Source of the DNA: Nitrospirota bacterium | GTDB taxonomy: Bacteria > Nitrospirota > UBA9217 | Direction: 5' to 3' | NCBI GenBank assembly: GCA_963751455.1 | Contig: CAVVUN010000003.1 | Span: 320,001 to 384,000, forward strand | DNA length: 64,000 nucleotides | Part shown: in pieces, positions 59,318 to 64,000 of the stretch | How positions within the stretch are numbered: position 1 is the stretch's first letter | Layout of the letters: each line of letters opens with the position of its first letter | Position numbers and translations under genes: made by a program | The notes under the pieces: generated by a model | Told to the model about the DNA's origin: nothing | Seen by the model: only the letters and a program-made list of their open reading frames with translations | The model's database searches: none

Positions 59318-59994
59318 AGACCGAGCTCAGAGATGAGTTGCTGAATCAGGGTGCTGCCGTCGTCGGCTTTGCGTGCCTCAAAGGCTACATGAGCGGGGAA
59401 ATCAGCCATCTGGAGACGGCTGTATCCATCGGCGTGGATCGGAGATTGAACGAGAACACGCTCAGCCTGCTGATGAAGCTGCAAAAGCGAACTGTCCGAG
59501 TTCTCAAATCCCGTGGATTCCGGACGCTCGCCATACCGCCTGATTCAGACCGCAAAAAAGGCACTTTCATCTCGAAGCTTTATTCGCTCTTTAACCACAA
59601 AATGGCTGCAACCTCCGCGGGCCTGGGTTGGATAGGGAAGAACGGGCTTCTCATCAATCGCGAATTCGGCCCCCGGCTCTCGCTCGTAACAGTGCTGACC
59701 GATGCTGCAATTGATTCGGACATGCCGGTGGAACACTGCTTGTGCGGGGAGTGCAGTCTCTGCGTGCAATACTGTCCATCCCACGCCATCACGGGATCTG
59801 AATGGTCGCGCTCTTCACCCTTCGTGGAACTGGTGCGGCTGAATGCATGCAGAAGTCACAAGGCGACAAAACGGCTGACCGAGGGAAAACCGAATTGCGG
59901 TCTCTGCATCAATATCTGTCCATACGGCAGGAAGGACGATACGGCGACTAAAATAGTTAACCACGGAGACACAGAAGCACGGAGAAGAGATTAA
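59314..59994 (+). CDS. QueG/reductive-dehalogenase-like Fe-S protein
   Basis: HKMAATSAGLGWIGKNGLLI..EFGPR, CGECSLCVQYCP, CGLCINICP. Confidence 0.8.
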   Translation: MKTELRDELLNQGAAVVGFACLKGYMSGEISHLETAVSIGVDRRLNENTLSLLMKLQKRTVRVLKSRGFRTLAIPPDSDRKKGTFISKLYSLFNHKMAATSAGLGWIGKNGLLINREFGPRLSLVTVLTDAAIDSDMPVEHCLCGECSLCVQYCPSHAITGSEWSRSSPFVELVRLNACRSHKATKRLTEGKPNCGLCINICPYGRKDDTATKIVNHGDTEARRRD

Positions 59995-60134
59995 GTCTCT
60001 ATCAATTAAAGTCTGATATATTGTTGACGCTTCTCCCGGCGTTTCCACCTGCGGCCAGCGTTTAAGAGTGCGAAGCGCGAATGCAGGCTGTGCCTCCGTG
60101 GTGAAGCTTGATTCTTACGTTTTTTGGAGGGTTC

Positions 60135-62120
60135 ATGCTTAAGAAACATAAAGTGATATTCCAGCCTTCGGGCAGGCGCGGTGAGGTGGAGGAAGGCAAA
60201 ACGATTCTCCAGGCCGCCCAGTCCCTTGGCGTCGACATTGAAGCGCTCTGCGGCAACAAGAAGGTCTGCGGCAAATGCAAGGTCCGTATCGAAGAGGGCT
60301 ACTTCGAGAAGGACAACATCGATTCCGGCATGGCCCACATCTTTCCAGCAGAGCCGTCGCCTGATGAACTGAAGCACATAAAACCGCAGGACGGGCCCGG
60401 CATAAGGCTCGCCTGTCAATGCGAGGTCCGGGGAGACGTCAAGGTGTTCGTTCCCGAACGTTCGCGTGCAGGCAAGCAGGTCGTGCGCAAGGCTGCCAAA
60501 GAGCTTACGATCAAGATCGACCCCGCGGTAAAAAAGTACAATGTCGAGCTCAAAGCGCCGACACTCCATGAGATGACGACCGGCGATTGGGAGCGGGTTC
60601 TCAAGTTCCTCGAAGAAGATTACGGCCTCAAGGACCTGACGTTCGATTATCTGGTGCTGAAGGGCCTCCAGGACGCTCTGCGCAAAGAAAGCTGGAAAGC
60701 GACTGTTACGGTCTGGATGGACAAGGAAATCGTTAAGGTCGAGCCCGCCTTTGTCGAGCCGAGCTACGGACTTGCTGTTGATATCGGCACCACGACCTGC
60801 GTCGGATATCTCACGGACCTGAACACGGGCAAGGTCGTGAACACCGAATCCATGATGAACCCGCAGGTGCCCTACGGCGAGGACGTGATGTCGCGCATCA
60901 CCTACGCCATGAGCAATCCCGGAGTCGGTCTGGAAACGATGCAAAAGGCGATCATTCAGGGCTTGAACGAAATCATCGAACGCGTGGTGAAGGATATCGC
61001 AAAGGACGGCCCGAACCCGGGTTACGTAATCGACGACCTTACGATCGTTTTCAATACCGCGATGCATCACATCTTTCTGGGGCTGAACCCCGAGTATATC
61101 GGACGCTCGCCCTTCATCCCCGCGGTCCAGAGCTCGCTCGACATTAAGGCGCGCGATCTCGGTCTCAGGATCAATCCGGCGTCGTACATTCACGTTCTTC
61201 CGATTGAAGCCGGCTTTGTGGGCGCGGACAATGTGGGCGTCTTGATCGCGGAGGAGCCCTACAACCAGGATGAGAATGTGTTGATCATCGACATCGGGAC
61301 CAACGGCGAACTTCTCCTGGGCAACCGCAACAGGGTCTGTTCTACGTCCTGCGCGACCGGCCCTGCTTTCGAGGGTGCCCAGATCAAGTTCGGCATGCGG
61401 GCTGCTCCTGGAGCGATCGAAACGGTCGAAATCGATCCGGTAACCAAGGAAGCGCGTTATAAAGTGATCGGAAGGACGGACTGGTCCGTGCCGCATCAGC
61501 AGATGAACACGAAAGGCCTCTGCGGCTCAGGCATTATCCAGATCGTTGCGGAGATGTTCAAGGCCGGCATCATCGACAAATCCGGCAGGTTCGTAATGGA
61601 CCTTGGCACTCCGCGCGTCAGGAAGGACGCCGAGGGCAGGCCCGAATACGTGCTGGCCTGGGCATCCGAGACTTCGATCGGACAGGATGTGACCGTGACC
61701 CAGGGCGACGTGCGCGCTCTCCAGCTTGCAAAAGGCGCCCTCTATACCGGAGCGAAGCTCATGATGAAAAAGCTTGGCATCACGACGCTCGATCGGGTTA
61801 TCCTTGCAGGCGCTTTCGGGAGCCATATCGACCGCGAAGCGTCGCTCACGCTCGGTCTGTTTCCGGACTGCAGCCTTGACAAGGTTTACGCGGTCGGCAA
61901 CGCGGCAGGCGACGGCTCTCGCATGGCGCTCCTGAATCGCGGCAAACGCAAAGAGGCAAACGATAGGGCACGATGGGTGGAATTCGTGGAGATCGCGACA
62001 GACCCCGCGTTCGAGAAGGAATTCATGATGGCGATGCATATTCCGCACATGAAGGATAAGTTCCCGAACCTGAAAGAGTTGCTCGAAAAATCCAAGAGCG
62101 CCGTCGAGATAAAAGCGTAG
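60135..62120 (+). CDS. RACo-like ATP-dependent reductive activator of corrinoid proteins (2Fe-2S + ASKHA)
   Basis: CGNKKVCGKC...RLAC, DIGTTT, NPQ..YGEDVMSRI, DIGTNGE, GPAFEG, LAGAFG, GNAA. Confidence 0.92.
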   Translation: MLKKHKVIFQPSGRRGEVEEGKTILQAAQSLGVDIEALCGNKKVCGKCKVRIEEGYFEKDNIDSGMAHIFPAEPSPDELKHIKPQDGPGIRLACQCEVRGDVKVFVPERSRAGKQVVRKAAKELTIKIDPAVKKYNVELKAPTLHEMTTGDWERVLKFLEEDYGLKDLTFDYLVLKGLQDALRKESWKATVTVWMDKEIVKVEPAFVEPSYGLAVDIGTTTCVGYLTDLNTGKVVNTESMMNPQVPYGEDVMSRITYAMSNPGVGLETMQKAIIQGLNEIIERVVKDIAKDGPNPGYVIDDLTIVFNTAMHHIFLGLNPEYIGRSPFIPAVQSSLDIKARDLGLRINPASYIHVLPIEAGFVGADNVGVLIAEEPYNQDENVLIIDIGTNGELLLGNRNRVCSTSCATGPAFEGAQIKFGMRAAPGAIETVEIDPVTKEARYKVIGRTDWSVPHQQMNTKGLCGSGIIQIVAEMFKAGIIDKSGRFVMDLGTPRVRKDAEGRPEYVLAWASETSIGQDVTVTQGDVRALQLAKGALYTGAKLMMKKLGITTLDRVILAGAFGSHIDREASLTLGLFPDCSLDKVYAVGNAAGDGSRMALLNRGKRKEANDRARWVEFVEIATDPAFEKEFMMAMHIPHMKDKFPNLKELLEKSKSAVEIKA

Positions 62121-62358
62121 TTCTATTGCGGATTGCGGAATGGAAGCTCATCGGTCATGTTTTTACTCAGTACCGGGATCTAATGTTCACACAAAGCCAC
62201 AAAGCTTTCAAAGAATAATAAATCTTAAGTTTTTCTTCGTGTCTCTGCCTGCACCCAGCGATTACGAGTGCTTGCGCGAGTGCAGGGTGTGCCTTCGTGT
62301 GAGTTCGCTTTTTGCTTTGGGTCTGAGGCGTTGCCTCGTTAATCTCTATGTGAATATC

Positions 62359-62676
62359 ATGACAACGGTAAATATAAATACAGGGGCATGCGGGTATACT
62401 GTTACGATAACAGCAGAAAAAGCCGCTGACGGCAAGATAAGAATTACCCTGGAAACCGAGTGTGAAATGGTCAAGAAGATGCTCGAGGACATCCAGGTCC
62501 TCGACCGTTTCACGCCCTTCAGCGGGTTTCTGAATAATCCGGTGTTCCAGTCCGCAGCGAAACATCTGAAACACCCTGCCTGTATTGTGCCTGCTGGCAT
62601 TCTCAAGGCCGTCGAAGTGGAAGCGGGCTTGAATGTCGCACACGACGCGAGCATCATTTTCGAAAAGCAAAAATAA
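62359..62676 (+). CDS. DUF6951-like small Cys-containing protein
   Basis: GACGY...TECEMV...HPACIVPAGILKAVEVEAGL. Confidence 0.7.
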   Translation: MTTVNINTGACGYTVTITAEKAADGKIRITLETECEMVKKMLEDIQVLDRFTPFSGFLNNPVFQSAAKHLKHPACIVPAGILKAVEVEAGLNVAHDASIIFEKQK

Positions 62677-62811
62677 TTCCCGGACCTGATGATGCGGATC
62701 ATGCGCGTTCGGAAGAGCTTTTCAACTCATACCGAAATCGCTGATCATCAGGCTTCCGGTTTTATTAACTAAAGAAAAGAACCCCGGCGTGGTACAATAA
62801 AAGAGACGATC

Positions 62812-63510
62812 ATGGGGAAAATATTGATACTGGCCGCATACAGTGTCTATGCGGCCTTCTGGGTCCGTTTTTTTTTACATGCGCTCGTCTGGTGGCGCGC
62901 ACTGCACCGGCTTGACGCCGTTGTCTCCGCGCCTCAAGCGTCGCGGTTGAAGGCTTATGCCCTTACCGGCCTGGATGTTCTGTTCCTCGGCAGACTGTTA
63001 AAAGTAAATGCCGCGCTTTGGCTCGGTGAATGGGTATTCCATGTGACCTTTTTTCTGGTCCTTGCGCGTCATCTGAGGTATTTCCTGGATCCGGTCCCGT
63101 CTTGGGTCTGGTCTGTCCAGACACCGGGCTTAGTCGCAGGCTATATTCTGCCGCTCTCATTGGCATACATTCTTCTCGTGCGGATTCTCGGAAAGCGGCA
63201 GAAGTATGCTTCTCCCGGGAATTTTTTCCTCCTTACGATAGTGCTTATGATCAGCTCCCTCGGCGTTCTCATGAATTTCTACAAACCAAATCTCGTTGAC
63301 GTAAAACTGTTCATTCTCGGGATAATAGGCTTTTCACCGAAGCCTGCTCCTGAAAGCGTTCTGTTCATCATTCATTTTTTACTGTTTCTCGTACTCGTCC
63401 CGCTGCTCCCGACTCATATTTTTACGGCGCCGCTCGTTATGCTCGAGGCGAAAAAACGCGAGCAGGCGCTGCATCTCATAATGCACGATGCAAACGAGGC
63501 AGGCCGCTAA
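62812..63510 (+). CDS. NarI/DsrM/HdrE-like membrane cytochrome b subunit
   Basis: About 5 TM helices; WVFH...LARHLR and IIHF...PTHIF histidine pairs. Confidence 0.7.
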   Translation: MGKILILAAYSVYAAFWVRFFLHALVWWRALHRLDAVVSAPQASRLKAYALTGLDVLFLGRLLKVNAALWLGEWVFHVTFFLVLARHLRYFLDPVPSWVWSVQTPGLVAGYILPLSLAYILLVRILGKRQKYASPGNFFLLTIVLMISSLGVLMNFYKPNLVDVKLFILGIIGFSPKPAPESVLFIIHFLLFLVLVPLLPTHIFTAPLVMLEAKKREQALHLIMHDANEAGR

Positions 63511-63535
63511 GGAGTAGACTGACGGCCCTTACCAC

Positions 63536-64000
63536 ATGAAGAATATACGTAAATTCACCGAAGAGCTTTCTTCCCTTCAGATCCTCAAGATCGATGCCTG
63601 CACTCAGTGCGGCGAATGTCTCCGGCACTGCCCGGTCCAGGATGTTACCGGGAATCCGATTGTTTCGCCGCCGGAGAAGATCCGAATGTTCCGCGAATTC
63701 ATCCGGGCAAGTGAGGGACTGAAAGCGACGCTCTTCGGCCCCCGTGAAGTCGACCGGAAGCTGCTCGAGGACTTCACACGCGCTGTCTATGAATGTACTA
63801 CCTGCGGCGCCTGCGGACAGAACTGCCCGGTGGGCATCTTCAGCCAGCGGCTCTGGCCCGTTCTGAGAAAAGAAATGGTGAAGCGGGGCCTCGGTCCGAT
63901 CGGGGTCCAGACCGGCATGCCGAAGGCCATAAAGAATTCCGGCAATCCGTACGATAAACCGGCAGCCGAACGCTACAAGCCCTGGCTTCCGGAAAACGTG
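63536..64000 (+). CDS. HdrD/GlpC-like Fe-S oxidoreductase, partial (runs off the window)
   Basis: DACTQCGECLRHCP and ECTTCGACGQNCP ferredoxin motifs, then GNPY. Confidence 0.8.
   Translation, partial: MKNIRKFTEELSSLQILKIDACTQCGECLRHCPVQDVTGNPIVSPPEKIRMFREFIRASEGLKATLFGPREVDRKLLEDFTRAVYECTTCGACGQNCPVGIFSQRLWPVLRKEMVKRGLGPIGVQTGMPKAIKNSGNPYDKPAAERYKPWLPENV

Noticed and set aside
59314-59994. True respiratory reductive dehalogenase
   Set aside because: Only 226 aa, with no Tat signal and no RdhB anchor; kept as QueG/RdhA-like.
60006-61496. Long antisense ORFs (also 18808..19962, 50365..51447, 58013..58948)
   Set aside because: Shadows of well-supported genes on the opposite strand.
1-64000. 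CRISPR array, tRNA or rRNA genes
   Set aside because: No regularly spaced repeat-spacer run and no tRNA or rRNA signature seen by eye.

Overview
Origin-proximal chromosomal segment of an anaerobic bacterium; gene content and repeat style suggest Nitrospirota or Desulfobacterota (inference only). The core block is pgi, mnmE-mnmG-rsmG, parA-parB with two perfect parS sites, and purL; a Clp1-like kinase and hcp lie between rsmG and parA. Two decaying integron cassette regions flank this block. Region A (about 8.5-12.6 kb) has no integrase and carries FRG, AbiJ-like and PemK-type cassettes plus an attC-inserted group IIC intron remnant cut by an IS1380. Region B (36.5-44.3 kb) has a broken intI with a LexA-like box, several attC sites, TA cassettes, and a group II intron sitting at the terminal repeat of a RAYT-like element. 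Both regions share a paralogous leader: an identical promoter and a covarying hairpin. Several small non-autonomous palindromic elements recur; one 140-bp IS200/IS605-like element interrupts intI. The right end (48-64 kb) is a sigma54-linked corrinoid methyltransferase cluster: two MtaA/UroD-type enzymes, an MtrH/CmuB-like enzyme, a corrinoid protein, a RACo activator, a QueG/RdhA-like protein and NarI/HdrD-like redox proteins. Its substrate is unknown. All calls come from reading the sequence; no database search was run.
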